This document shows positions 1 through 8,356 of a DNA stretch of 29,385 bases, piece after piece. Under the pieces are notes generated by a model that was not told where the DNA came from, searched no databases, and saw nothing but the letters and a program-made list of their open reading frames with translations. The DNA is taken from positions 1 through 29,385 of the IMG/VR virus record IMGVR_UViG_3300012933_000182. One strand, written 5' to 3'. This stretch comes from a virus (lineage: Duplodnaviria; Caudoviricetes). The translations under genes were made by a program, and so were the position numbers. Each line of letters begins with the position of its first letter. Positions within the stretch are counted from its first letter, which is position 1.

Positions 1-14
1 TTGCGTTTGCTCAA
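1..14 (-). CDS. 5' end of a divergent gene leaving the window (TTG start, M-S-K-R-K...)
   Basis: Reverse strand reads AAGGAG (26-21), 6 nt spacer, TTG AGC AAA CGC AA; a minus-strand TAAATA lies at 65-60. Only ~5 codons visible. Confidence 0.5.
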
Positions 15-171
15 AATTATCTCCTTTGTCGAGCGTTATGCTTGATGAAAGCATATGAATATTTAAAGGCTATTGTCTACTGAATAATAGCGTACTTTTA
101 ACACACATTATTTTGATAAATATTAGGCTACGGTTATAATTTCTTACTTTGCTCAAAGTCATTCAACCAAT

Positions 172-179
172 GATAAATA
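172..179 (+). promoter_or_regulatory. T4-type late promoter core GATAAATA (second copy at 115-122)
   Basis: Matches T4 late consensus TATAAATA at 7/8; 7 nt upstream of ATG 187; motif recurs in most intergenic gaps. Confidence 0.7.
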
Positions 180-186
180 CTAAACT

Positions 187-810
187 ATGAGCAATCCTTC
201 AGACGAATTTTTCAAAAACATCGACTACCCAAGTATCATTGATACTATCAAAGGGGTATACACCAGTGACGGTTCAATGAGTACTTTACTCGATTTTGAA
301 CGTGTCTTAGACGAAGCCGACTTATATGCGTTTCAAAACTGGGAAATCGGTGAGTTAGTATCTGGTCCTAACATTAAGCGATACACAGTTGATTGTGTTT
401 TCATGTATCCGCATAAATTGATGCCTAACCCAAAGGGTGCAAAGCGTCTACTAACTGTTGGTTGCAACGTTAAGTTCAAAAAGACAACTATGAAAGTCCC
501 AGTAAAGATTCAATCTGCTGACGACTATAAACCAGGAACACACTATCCTAAACTAGTTGACCGTGAAGTTTGGTTAGTTATGATTGAAATGCCAAAAGAA
601 CTAATGAATGATATCCGTGAAGGTTCAGTTGAATTAGCAGGTAAAGACATTGACTTGGAAGAACTAGATTCAGCATACGATGATGATTTAGATAAACAAG
701 AATCAGAAGACCAAGCAGACCAAGACCAAGGTATGGATCAAGGCATGGGTCAAATGCCACCTATGGATCAAGGCATGGGTCAAATGCCACCTCAAGGGGG
801 GATGATGTAA
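187..810 (+). CDS. Hypothetical phage protein with acidic, Gln/Gly/Met/Pro-rich C-terminal tail
   Basis: 207-aa ORF behind late promoter, stop overlaps next start (TAATG). Confidence 0.85.
   Translation: MSNPSDEFFKNIDYPSIIDTIKGVYTSDGSMSTLLDFERVLDEADLYAFQNWEIGELVSGPNIKRYTVDCVFMYPHKLMPNPKGAKRLLTVGCNVKFKKTTMKVPVKIQSADDYKPGTHYPKLVDREVWLVMIEMPKELMNDIREGSVELAGKDIDLEELDSAYDDDLDKQESEDQADQDQGMDQGMGQMPPMDQGMGQMPPQGGMM
732..792 (+). repeat. Perfect 30-nt tandem duplication (MDQGMGQMPP x2)
   Basis: tatggatcaaggcatgggtcaaatgccacc at 732-761 and 762-791. Confidence 0.95.
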
Positions 811-1415
811 TGACTAAAATCTTAAAAGAAGGTTTAGACTACATGGACTTCAAGGGTCAAATTACCCCTGAATTATCAGTTGACGAATATAAAGCACAAA
901 TGGGTTCTGACGATGAAATCGTTACTTGCTCATTTACCGTTAAAGGACACCAGCAAGCTGAAGACTTAGTTGACTGGTTAGAAAAGGGCTACGACTGGAT
1001 ACTAGATGCAGAAGTAAGTTCAGGTGAAGTTACATCAGGTAAATACGTAGTATTTGTTGAGATGAACCGTAGAACAAAAGTTCCTGAGCGTATTGTGTTG
1101 ATGCTTGAAGATTTAGAAACATTAACTGGAATGATGTTAGAAGAATGGGCTATTATTATTAAGGGTGAGAAGCGCCACGCAAATGTAGAAGAATTGAAAT
1201 CTGCACTTGTACTAAGCCCGCAACAATATAGAGAATTGAACAACATGGAAGTAGGTGACGATTCACCTGAAGATGAAGAACAAGAAGTTGAACAACCAGA
1301 TTCAGCTGACCAAGAATTAAGCGAAATGCGTGACGCTGCTGGTATCCCACATAAACCAAAGACAGCAAAACCAGACGCATTATTAAGAGACTTTTTAGCA
1401 AAGGCAGGATTATAA
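810..1415 (+). CDS. Hypothetical phage protein, N-terminus MTKILKE|G, acidic C-terminal linker
   Basis: 201-aa ORF translationally coupled to upstream gene. Confidence 0.85.
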   Translation: MTKILKEGLDYMDFKGQITPELSVDEYKAQMGSDDEIVTCSFTVKGHQQAEDLVDWLEKGYDWILDAEVSSGEVTSGKYVVFVEMNRRTKVPERIVLMLEDLETLTGMMLEEWAIIIKGEKRHANVEELKSALVLSPQQYRELNNMEVGDDSPEDEEQEVEQPDSADQELSEMRDAAGIPHKPKTAKPDALLRDFLAKAGL

Positions 1416-1416
1416 A

Positions 1417-2073
1417 ATGGCAACATTACTAGCAAAGAAATCAGGAACACAAGATAACGCTATCGCAACCGATGACGAACATCACGAAGCATTAGCAAGT
1501 GATCCTGGAGTTACGTCATTCCCTCAAGGGAGTTCATTCGGAGGAACAAATGCGTCCACTACAACAGCAGCCGCTTTCGGCTCACCAACGCCAGCAGCAG
1601 CAGGCGGTTTCGGATCTGCGTCAACAGGAGGAGGTTTTGGATCTCCATCGACAACTGGAGGCTTTGGAGCAACAGCACAAAGCCCAGCATCAGCTACCAA
1701 TTTCGGAGCAGGTTCGCCTGTTCAAGGATCACAAATGACACAACAAAATCAAGCAGAACTATTAAAATCAGGTGGCGGCGCTATGTCAGAAGGTGGTGAA
1801 TCTACTGTAGCATTAGATAAAGATGCGACAGATTGGATCAACAAGAAGATGCGTCCTATGATGGGTTGGATCTACATGTTGACTTGTACAGCAGACTTTG
1901 TTATCTTCCCAGTACTATGGTCATTGCTACAAGCATTGTCACATGGTCAAGTAACAAGTCAATGGCAACCATTAACATTGCAAGGTGCTGGTCTATATCA
2001 CATCGCTATGGGTGCTGTACTTGGTATCGCAGCATACGGTAGAACAAAAGAAAAGGTTGCCGGAGTCGCTTAA
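1417..2073 (+). CDS. Holin-like membrane protein (GTA-type 3TM holin-like C-terminus) with long FG/Ser/Thr/Ala-rich N-terminal extension
   Basis: C-terminal W..K.RP.MGW.Y, two hydrophobic segments, ending LG..AYGRT.EK, as in the GTA_holin_3TM-like family. Confidence 0.65.
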   Translation: MATLLAKKSGTQDNAIATDDEHHEALASDPGVTSFPQGSSFGGTNASTTTAAAFGSPTPAAAGGFGSASTGGGFGSPSTTGGFGATAQSPASATNFGAGSPVQGSQMTQQNQAELLKSGGGAMSEGGESTVALDKDATDWINKKMRPMMGWIYMLTCTADFVIFPVLWSLLQALSHGQVTSQWQPLTLQGAGLYHIAMGAVLGIAAYGRTKEKVAGVA

Positions 2074-2115
2074 TAAATATTGACTTAGCACACAAACTGT
2101 GCTACACTCAATATT
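2074..2115 (+). promoter_or_regulatory. Composite promoter: late core TAAATA (2074-2079), sigma70-like TTGACT-N17-TACACT (2080-2108), nested inverted repeats
   Basis: AATATTGA/TCAATATT (2076-2083/2108-2115) and TAGCACA/TGTGCTA (2086-2092/2098-2104); no Shine-Dalgarno before ATG 2116. Confidence 0.65.
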
Positions 2116-2913
2116 ATGACCGACCATTATGCAACATTGGGAGTAGCAAAGAACGCTACTCCCGAAGATATTAAAAAAGCCTATCGCAGGCTAGCAGCAA
2201 TTCATCACCCGGACAAGGGTGGTGATACTGCTGAATTTCAAAAGGTACAAGCTGCCTATGAAACACTAAGCGACCCAAATAAGAAACAACAATACGATAA
2301 CCCAAATCCATTCGGGGCTAGAGGGCATCCAGGTGGCTTTCCAGGTGGCTTCGAATTCCATATGAATGGATTTGATATGGGTGACATTTTTGGGCAAATG
2401 TTTGGTGGAAGACCGCATCACGGTAAACCTCAGCAACCTAGTTATAGAACACAAGTTTTGGTAACACTGGAGCAAGTATTAACAGGGGAAGAGTTGACAC
2501 TTCAATTGCAAGTTGGGTCGACCCCACATCCTGTTAAGATTAAAATTCCGCAGGGAATCGAGAATGGGCAAACGATTCGATTTGATAACCTCATCAAAGA
2601 TAGTATTCTAATTATCGAGTTTAGAATTAGACCACATCCTCGCTTTGAGAGAAACGGGCCAGACCTATTCTCTACACAAGAAGTTAGCATACTAGACTTG
2701 ATTGTTGGCGGGACATTCAAATTTAACACACTTTCGGGTAAAGAACTTGATGTGACAGTCAACCCAAACACACAACCCGATACCCAGATGAGAATTCAAG
2801 GCGAAGGATTACCTTCAAGATTCGGGAATGGTGACCAATATATCTTGATTAAAGCAGTAATCCCTGCTATAATCGATTCTAGTATCATTGATGCTATTAA
2901 CAAATCCAAATAA
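2116..2913 (+). CDS. dnaJ: DnaJ-class co-chaperone (class B/CbpA-like, no zinc finger)
   Basis: J domain DHYATLGV...IKKAYRRLA...HPDKGG, G/F-rich linker, C-terminal domain (HPRFER.G.DL, G.GLP...GD); no CxxCxGxG repeats. Confidence 0.93.
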   Translation: MTDHYATLGVAKNATPEDIKKAYRRLAAIHHPDKGGDTAEFQKVQAAYETLSDPNKKQQYDNPNPFGARGHPGGFPGGFEFHMNGFDMGDIFGQMFGGRPHHGKPQQPSYRTQVLVTLEQVLTGEELTLQLQVGSTPHPVKIKIPQGIENGQTIRFDNLIKDSILIIEFRIRPHPRFERNGPDLFSTQEVSILDLIVGGTFKFNTLSGKELDVTVNPNTQPDTQMRIQGEGLPSRFGNGDQYILIKAVIPAIIDSSIIDAINKSK

Positions 2914-2925
2914 AGGTAACAAAAC

Positions 2926-5196
2926 GTGCATTCACCAGAAATTGAAGCAATTATTGAGCAAGCAATCAACAACGCAAAAGAACGTAGCCACGAGTATTGC
3001 ACTGTTGAACATTTATTGTTGGCTCTAATCACCCATACTCCATTCAAGAAATGTCTTGAGGGTTTCGGGGCAGATATGGATACTATGACAAAAGAAGTAT
3101 CTCATTATCTAGACGGACTTCATGCTATCAAAGCAAAAGAAGGCACAGAAGCAAATACTCGCAAGACTAATGCGTTAGAGCGTGTTATGAACCGTTCTGT
3201 AACTCAAGTATTGTTCACTGGTCGTAAGACAGTTACAACTATTGACTTGTATTTGTCTATCGCACATGAAACTAACAGTCATGCCCATTACTTCTTGTTG
3301 AAGTACGGCATCACCAAGTCTGAATTCATCCCTCACTGGCAAAAGACGTACAAAGGTGCCGAAGTTACTGCTAAGTTGACAGAAGAACAAGCTGATGAAA
3401 TCTTAGAAGAATACACAATTAACTTGACAAACATGGCTCGTGATAACAAACTTGAACCAATGATTGGTCGTAGTAAAGAAGTTGACGACATTGTTAACGT
3501 ATTAGCTAAACGATTCAAGTCAAACGTATTGATGGTGGGTGATCCTGGTGTAGGTAAGACTGCTATCGTTGAAGGTATCGCACAGAAACTTGTTACAGGT
3601 GACATCCCTGAGTTCTTAGTGGGTTATGAATTGTACTCACTTGAAGTTAGTAGCTTGGTTGCAGGTTCTAAGTATCGCGGTGACTTTGAAGAAAAAGTTA
3701 AAGCAGTTATTGATGCCCTGAATGCTAAGAAGAAAGCTATCTTGTTTATTGACGAAGCACACACCATGAAGGGTGCAGGCTCAGCTAACAATACTGGTCC
3801 AGACTTTGCGAACATGATTAAGCCTGCTATCACAAAAGGCACATTGAAAGTTATCGCAAGCACGACATTCGAAGAATTCTATGAAAGTTTCGAAAAGGAT
3901 CGTGCGTTGATGCGCCGATTCTATAAAGTTGCAGTTGATGAACCAAGTCAAGAATCTACTGTTCGTATTCTTAAAGGGTTGGCTACTCGTTTGAACGACT
4001 TCCATGAAGTTGAAATTACTGATGCGGCAATCGAAGCGGCAGTTGAGAGTTCTACCCGTTACATGCATGACCGTAAGAATCCAGACAAATCAATCGATTT
4101 GATTGACGGCGCGGCTGCTCGTCAAAGGGTTCTAGGTAACAAAGGTGCAGTTATCAGCAAAGATATGATTTTCGAACAAGTTGAACGTATCGCAGGTGTC
4201 CCGGCTGATAAACTCAAAGACGACAACTACGACCGAATCCAAGCATTGGAAACAAACGTCAAAGACAAGTTGTTTGGTCAAGAAAAGGTTGTTGACCAAG
4301 TCCTAGACCGCATCTACGTATCATTCGCAGGTATCGGTACAGTTACAAAGCCAATGGCAAGTTTCTTGTTCTTGGGCCCAACTGGTACAGGTAAAACAGA
4401 ACTTGCTCGTTTGTTGAGTAAGAACTTAGATATGCCGCTTGTCAAGTATGACATGTCAGAATACGGCGAGAAGCATACTGTTTCTAGTTTGATTGGTCCT
4501 CCTCCGGGCTATGTTGGTTTCGGTGAAGGTTCACTCGGCGGTGGTCGTCTGATTACTGACTTGAGCAAGAACCCACACTCAATCTTATTGTTTGACGAAG
4601 TTGAAAAAGCACACCCTGACGTGTTCAACATCTTCTTGCAATTGCTTGACGAAGGTAAAGTCACTGGCTCAAACGGTAAAGAAGTCAACGCTAAAAACTG
4701 TATCATTATCTTGACTAGTAACTTGGGTAGTGCTGACAGTGAACGTAGCATGATTGGCTTCGGTAGTACTGAGCGTACAGGTGAAGATGACAAAGCGTTG
4801 AAAGAATTCTTTAAACCAGAATTCCGTAATCGTCTTGACTTGGTCTGTAAGTTCAGCAAACTAGAACCTCTCGCAATCAAGAAGATTGTCGTTAAGTTCG
4901 TTAACGACTTGAAGAAGTCATTGTTGGATACACATGACATTACGTTGAACTTGTCAGAGCCAGCAATTGATTTGCTTGCAGAAAAGGGTTACGATAGTAA
5001 GATGGGCGCACGTCCTCTAGCACGTAAGATTGATGAAATGATTCGAGTACCTCTCTCAAAGAAAATCTTGTTTGAGCGAATCAAATCTAGCACAATCACT
5101 GTTCATGTTGGATTGAATGATGAATTCGTTTTCGATGTGCAACAAAAACTAACAGCAGAAGTAGGCGAAGATGGGATTATTAAAGTCAGCGAGTAA
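2926..5196 (+). CDS. clpA: ClpA-type double AAA+ unfoldase
   Basis: Clp N-domain (HEYCTVEHLLLAL), Walker A GDPGVGKT and GPTGTGKT, Walker B LFIDEAH and LLFDEVEKAH, pore loops KYRG and GYVG, IGF ClpP-docking loop, GARPL; no ClpB middle coiled-coil. GTG start with AAGG RBS. Confidence 0.93.
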   Translation: MHSPEIEAIIEQAINNAKERSHEYCTVEHLLLALITHTPFKKCLEGFGADMDTMTKEVSHYLDGLHAIKAKEGTEANTRKTNALERVMNRSVTQVLFTGRKTVTTIDLYLSIAHETNSHAHYFLLKYGITKSEFIPHWQKTYKGAEVTAKLTEEQADEILEEYTINLTNMARDNKLEPMIGRSKEVDDIVNVLAKRFKSNVLMVGDPGVGKTAIVEGIAQKLVTGDIPEFLVGYELYSLEVSSLVAGSKYRGDFEEKVKAVIDALNAKKKAILFIDEAHTMKGAGSANNTGPDFANMIKPAITKGTLKVIASTTFEEFYESFEKDRALMRRFYKVAVDEPSQESTVRILKGLATRLNDFHEVEITDAAIEAAVESSTRYMHDRKNPDKSIDLIDGAAARQRVLGNKGAVISKDMIFEQVERIAGVPADKLKDDNYDRIQALETNVKDKLFGQEKVVDQVLDRIYVSFAGIGTVTKPMASFLFLGPTGTGKTELARLLSKNLDMPLVKYDMSEYGEKHTVSSLIGPPPGYVGFGEGSLGGGRLITDLSKNPHSILLFDEVEKAHPDVFNIFLQLLDEGKVTGSNGKEVNAKNCIIILTSNLGSADSERSMIGFGSTERTGEDDKALKEFFKPEFRNRLDLVCKFSKLEPLAIKKIVVKFVNDLKKSLLDTHDITLNLSEPAIDLLAEKGYDSKMGARPLARKIDEMIRVPLSKKILFERIKSSTITVHVGLNDEFVFDVQQKLTAEVGEDGIIKVSE

Positions 5197-5890
5197 CGTA
5201 CAAGGTGTAGACCTTGTAGATTTCAGAGACCAGTTATACTATAACAAATACGAATATCGTGCTAGGGTAACTGTGCCCGGGTTACGTAGGGGTTATTACT
5301 GGTCACCTGACGAATTCGAGCATCGTTTTAACACAGGTAAACTGTGGGGTAAACCCAATAAAGACGAGACTGCAATTATCAAGGAAAATCTAACAGACAT
5401 TAAAGCCTGTTTACAGTTCAGAGATGACCATAAGAAAGATAAGACTGTCACAATCAGAATGGAAGGCAACACTATGGCTGTCTTTCATAATGACTTAGAT
5501 TTCTTGCATAAGACTTTCGACGGCATAGTTGGAGCAACAGTTGACTACACACAAGCTGAAACTTCTAGTTTTGCGGGCGTCAAGACATTTGTAAATGAAC
5601 CTAAGCACAAATTCCGTGTTTATTTCAGAAGCAAACGAGTACCGGAGAACTTCAGAGAAAGTGTTACTAAGATTTTAGAAGCTAACAAGAACTTGCGTCC
5701 TGGACCAGCTTTTAAAATGTGGTTGAAGCAGACTTCCGCCGCAAGCTGGCGCTCTTGGTATCATAACTATCTAAGTGCTAACTATTTCATTGATTACAAC
5801 GAGGAAAGCTATCTAAGTTATTTTTCATTGATGCACGGTGACCACTTGGGTAAAAAGTATAAGCTAGAGAAACGAGCCGATACTGTCTAA
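5171..5890 (+). CDS. Hypothetical protein
   Basis: 239-aa ORF overlapping clpA end; no motif recognised. Confidence 0.8.
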   Translation: MGLLKSASNVQGVDLVDFRDQLYYNKYEYRARVTVPGLRRGYYWSPDEFEHRFNTGKLWGKPNKDETAIIKENLTDIKACLQFRDDHKKDKTVTIRMEGNTMAVFHNDLDFLHKTFDGIVGATVDYTQAETSSFAGVKTFVNEPKHKFRVYFRSKRVPENFRESVTKILEANKNLRPGPAFKMWLKQTSAASWRSWYHNYLSANYFIDYNEESYLSYFSLMHGDHLGKKYKLEKRADTV

Positions 5891-5896
5891 ACATGA

Positions 5897-5924
5897 TAAA
5901 TACTCTATCATTATAGGGTATTTA
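5897..5924 (+). promoter_or_regulatory. Late promoter inside an RBS-sequestering hairpin
   Basis: TAAATACTCTAT-catt-ATAGGGTATTTA: 12-bp stem (one G-U); 3' arm holds AGGG just before ATG 5927. Confidence 0.75.
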
Positions 5925-5926
5925 CC

Positions 5927-6094
5927 ATGGCAAAGATTATCGAAGATGTATTAGTCATCAAATTCAGTAAAATCGTCAAGGACAGCGAATCAGAAGTTTC
6001 TGGCATCGCTGGTTCCGACATTCAAGCAGCATTAGAGCAAGTAGCACAAGAATTAGTCGGTGACGCAGTTGTTGTAGAAGTAGTGAGAGCATAA
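5927..6094 (+). CDS. Small 55-aa hypothetical protein (MAKIIEDVLVIKFSK...VVEVVRA), missing from ORF track
   Basis: Open frame fills the gap after the late promoter, TAATG coupling to 6094, host-genome-like codon usage of neighbours. Confidence 0.8.
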   Translation: MAKIIEDVLVIKFSKIVKDSESEVSGIAGSDIQAALEQVAQELVGDAVVVEVVRA

Positions 6095-6444
6095 TGGCAC
6101 AAGCAACTACATTAATTCTAATGCCTCAAGTGTCTTACAATGACCAAAGAGTTGTAGGGTACACGATTAACGGTGAAAAGCAACAGGCTGCTAGTTATTA
6201 TTTCGGCAATAAAGACCTGCAAACGTTAACGTGGACTCTCATTGCGTTTACTGGTCTTGTGTCAGTCCAAGCGACCTTAGCAGAAGATCCAACAGAAGAT
6301 GATTGGTTTACTGCTTACACTATTCCAGGTAATAATACAACACAGACAAGCTATCACAATTTACAAGGTAATTTTGTATGGTTGCGTGTTAAAGTTTCTG
6401 GCTTTCAACAAGGTGTTGTTCAATTTATCAAAGTGAGTTACTAA
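6094..6444 (+). CDS. Hypothetical beta-rich protein, possibly virion structural
   Basis: 116-aa ORF coupled on both sides (TAATG). Confidence 0.75.
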   Translation: MAQATTLILMPQVSYNDQRVVGYTINGEKQQAASYYFGNKDLQTLTWTLIAFTGLVSVQATLAEDPTEDDWFTAYTIPGNNTTQTSYHNLQGNFVWLRVKVSGFQQGVVQFIKVSY

Positions 6445-7205
6445 TGAGTTATATTGTTGAGGGTGGAAACATTTGGGATGACGTTGCTACTAACTTTGAT
6501 CCAACTAAAGTAGGTAAGCCATTAACTCAAACTACACAGAAATTTATAAACGATTTAGGCGTAGGTGTGAACACTGTCGGTAGTTGCTATAAGCCACGTT
6601 TTGATAAACAAGGCAACGTTGTACCTAGCAACGATTTAGACGCAATGCTAGACTTGAATGTACTAGCACAAGCGTTTGGTACAAGTGATGGCAAAACAAC
6701 ACGCAAAGCATTAAATGACTACTTACAGAAACAAGGATTGAAAACATATCAATCAGGTGTTACAGTTCATGCTAGAGTCCCAATGGGCGGACAATATTAT
6801 CAAGTAGATTTGAAAGTCGTCCCTAATGCTGCTAAGGTTGCACAGTTTCACAGACATGATATCCCTCAAGGTTCTCAATATAAAGGTGTTAACAAACAAC
6901 TAGTAATGAGTGCTTTGGCATCAAGTCAAGGTATGCTTTGGTCAGCAGACGAGGGTTTGTATGCAAGAGATGAAGCTGGTAAGAAAGCACAACTACTGTC
7001 AGACAACTGGGACACAATTGCTCAGTATCTACTAGGTAAAGGCGCTACAGGTAAAGACTTGGGTTCAGTTGAATCTATCTTAGCAAAAGTACCTGAACAA
7101 AATAGAGAACAAATCATGGTAACAGCACGTGCAGGTCGTAGCTGGCAATCAGCAACACCCGGTGTTAACGAGTGGTTTAAAAATACATTGGATATGTTAA
7201 AATGA
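6444..7205 (+). CDS. Putative pol-beta-superfamily nucleotidyltransferase
   Basis: VGS...SNDLD...QVD arrangement (GS + DxD + third Asp); N-terminus MSYIVE|GG. Confidence 0.55.
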   Translation: MSYIVEGGNIWDDVATNFDPTKVGKPLTQTTQKFINDLGVGVNTVGSCYKPRFDKQGNVVPSNDLDAMLDLNVLAQAFGTSDGKTTRKALNDYLQKQGLKTYQSGVTVHARVPMGGQYYQVDLKVVPNAAKVAQFHRHDIPQGSQYKGVNKQLVMSALASSQGMLWSADEGLYARDEAGKKAQLLSDNWDTIAQYLLGKGATGKDLGSVESILAKVPEQNREQIMVTARAGRSWQSATPGVNEWFKNTLDMLK

Positions 7206-8356
7206 AATTCTCAGATATCCTAACAGAAGCAGCAGCACCAACAGTAGGTCGCAAATATCAACACATTGAAGATTTAGTGTTGTCTAATGGTAGCCATGGT
7301 GCATTACATGCAGTTGAACGTATGCGTTACATGACTGATAACTACGATTCAATCGAATTGAAGTGGGATGGTATGCCTGTTGTATATTGGGGTAGAGATG
7401 ACAAGGGAATCTTTAGAATGATTCCAAAGAATGCATGGGCATATCTATCACGTGGCGCTATGCAAACTAAATCAGGTGCACCCACATTGCCTAATAGCCC
7501 CGAAGATGTTGTTAAGTTCATCTTGGGTACAGGTGGTGAAGCAGACGAAGGTCGTAAACTATTCGCAAACAACGTAGCAAAACTATGGTCATTGTTTGAG
7601 CAAGTAAGTCCTCAGAAGGGTTTCTTAGAAGGCGGAATTTTGTTCTATCCAGGCACTAAGCCAGATGGTACAAGTGCAATGCCGCAATTAAACCCAAGAA
7701 CAAACACATACGACTTTAAACCGAACATCACTGCATTTCATGTTCCAGTTGATAGCAAATTAGGTAAAAAAATTAGTAAGGCAAAGATGATGGTAGCAGC
7801 TACTGGATTTTTTGATAAGTTGGGTAGCTCTGATGAAAGCAGATTATCAAATACAGGTAGCTTATCTACACCAACAGTCATTGTTCAAGGTACTACATAT
7901 GTTGAAGAAATGCCAGGGGTAAATACAACTGGATTGGATAAGTTACAAAAATTCATTCAAGCAAACGCACAGGCGATTGATAACTATCTAGCACCCAAGA
8001 AGGGTGTTAGCAATCCAGGCGGAGAGTTATACACATATTTGAATAAGAATCTAAGAACTAAAGGCTTATTGAAGAATTTCCCTGAATGGGCTAGAGCAAA
8101 TCTAAGTCCACAAAAAGCAGAAGTTTTGTTAAGTGATGCTAATGGATTGAAAGCAACGTTAGGTGCAATAGAAGCAATCTCTAACGAGAAGATGCAAATC
8201 ATTAAATCATTAAGTGTAGGATTGCATGGTGGTATCATGCAGACTAACCCAGAAGGATATGTACAAGCTCATCCTGAAATCAACTTTCAGAATGACTTAC
8301 CCGGTCAATTCTTAAAACTAATTGACCAAATGAATTGGAAACCTAAAAAATTATGA
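7202..8356 (+). CDS. Ligase-like (KxDG) nucleotidyltransferase-fold protein, conserved T4-like phage family
   Basis: HIEDL..., LKWDGMP (motif I-like), PEGYV (motif IV-like), FLKLID (motif V-like); leader MKFSDILTE|A. Confidence 0.55.
   Translation: MKFSDILTEAAAPTVGRKYQHIEDLVLSNGSHGALHAVERMRYMTDNYDSIELKWDGMPVVYWGRDDKGIFRMIPKNAWAYLSRGAMQTKSGAPTLPNSPEDVVKFILGTGGEADEGRKLFANNVAKLWSLFEQVSPQKGFLEGGILFYPGTKPDGTSAMPQLNPRTNTYDFKPNITAFHVPVDSKLGKKISKAKMMVAATGFFDKLGSSDESRLSNTGSLSTPTVIVQGTTYVEEMPGVNTTGLDKLQKFIQANAQAIDNYLAPKKGVSNPGGELYTYLNKNLRTKGLLKNFPEWARANLSPQKAEVLLSDANGLKATLGAIEAISNEKMQIIKSLSVGLHGGIMQTNPEGYVQAHPEINFQNDLPGQFLKLIDQMNWKPKKL

Noticed and set aside
732-792. CRISPR-like array from the 30-nt repeat (also 24503-24577)
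   Set aside because: No spacers; in-frame coding tandem repeats.
2300-2420. FG-rich stretch in DnaJ as a novelty
   Set aside because: Ordinary G/F linker of class A/B J proteins.
2926-5196. ClpB call
   Set aside because: No middle coiled-coil domain and an IGF loop is present.
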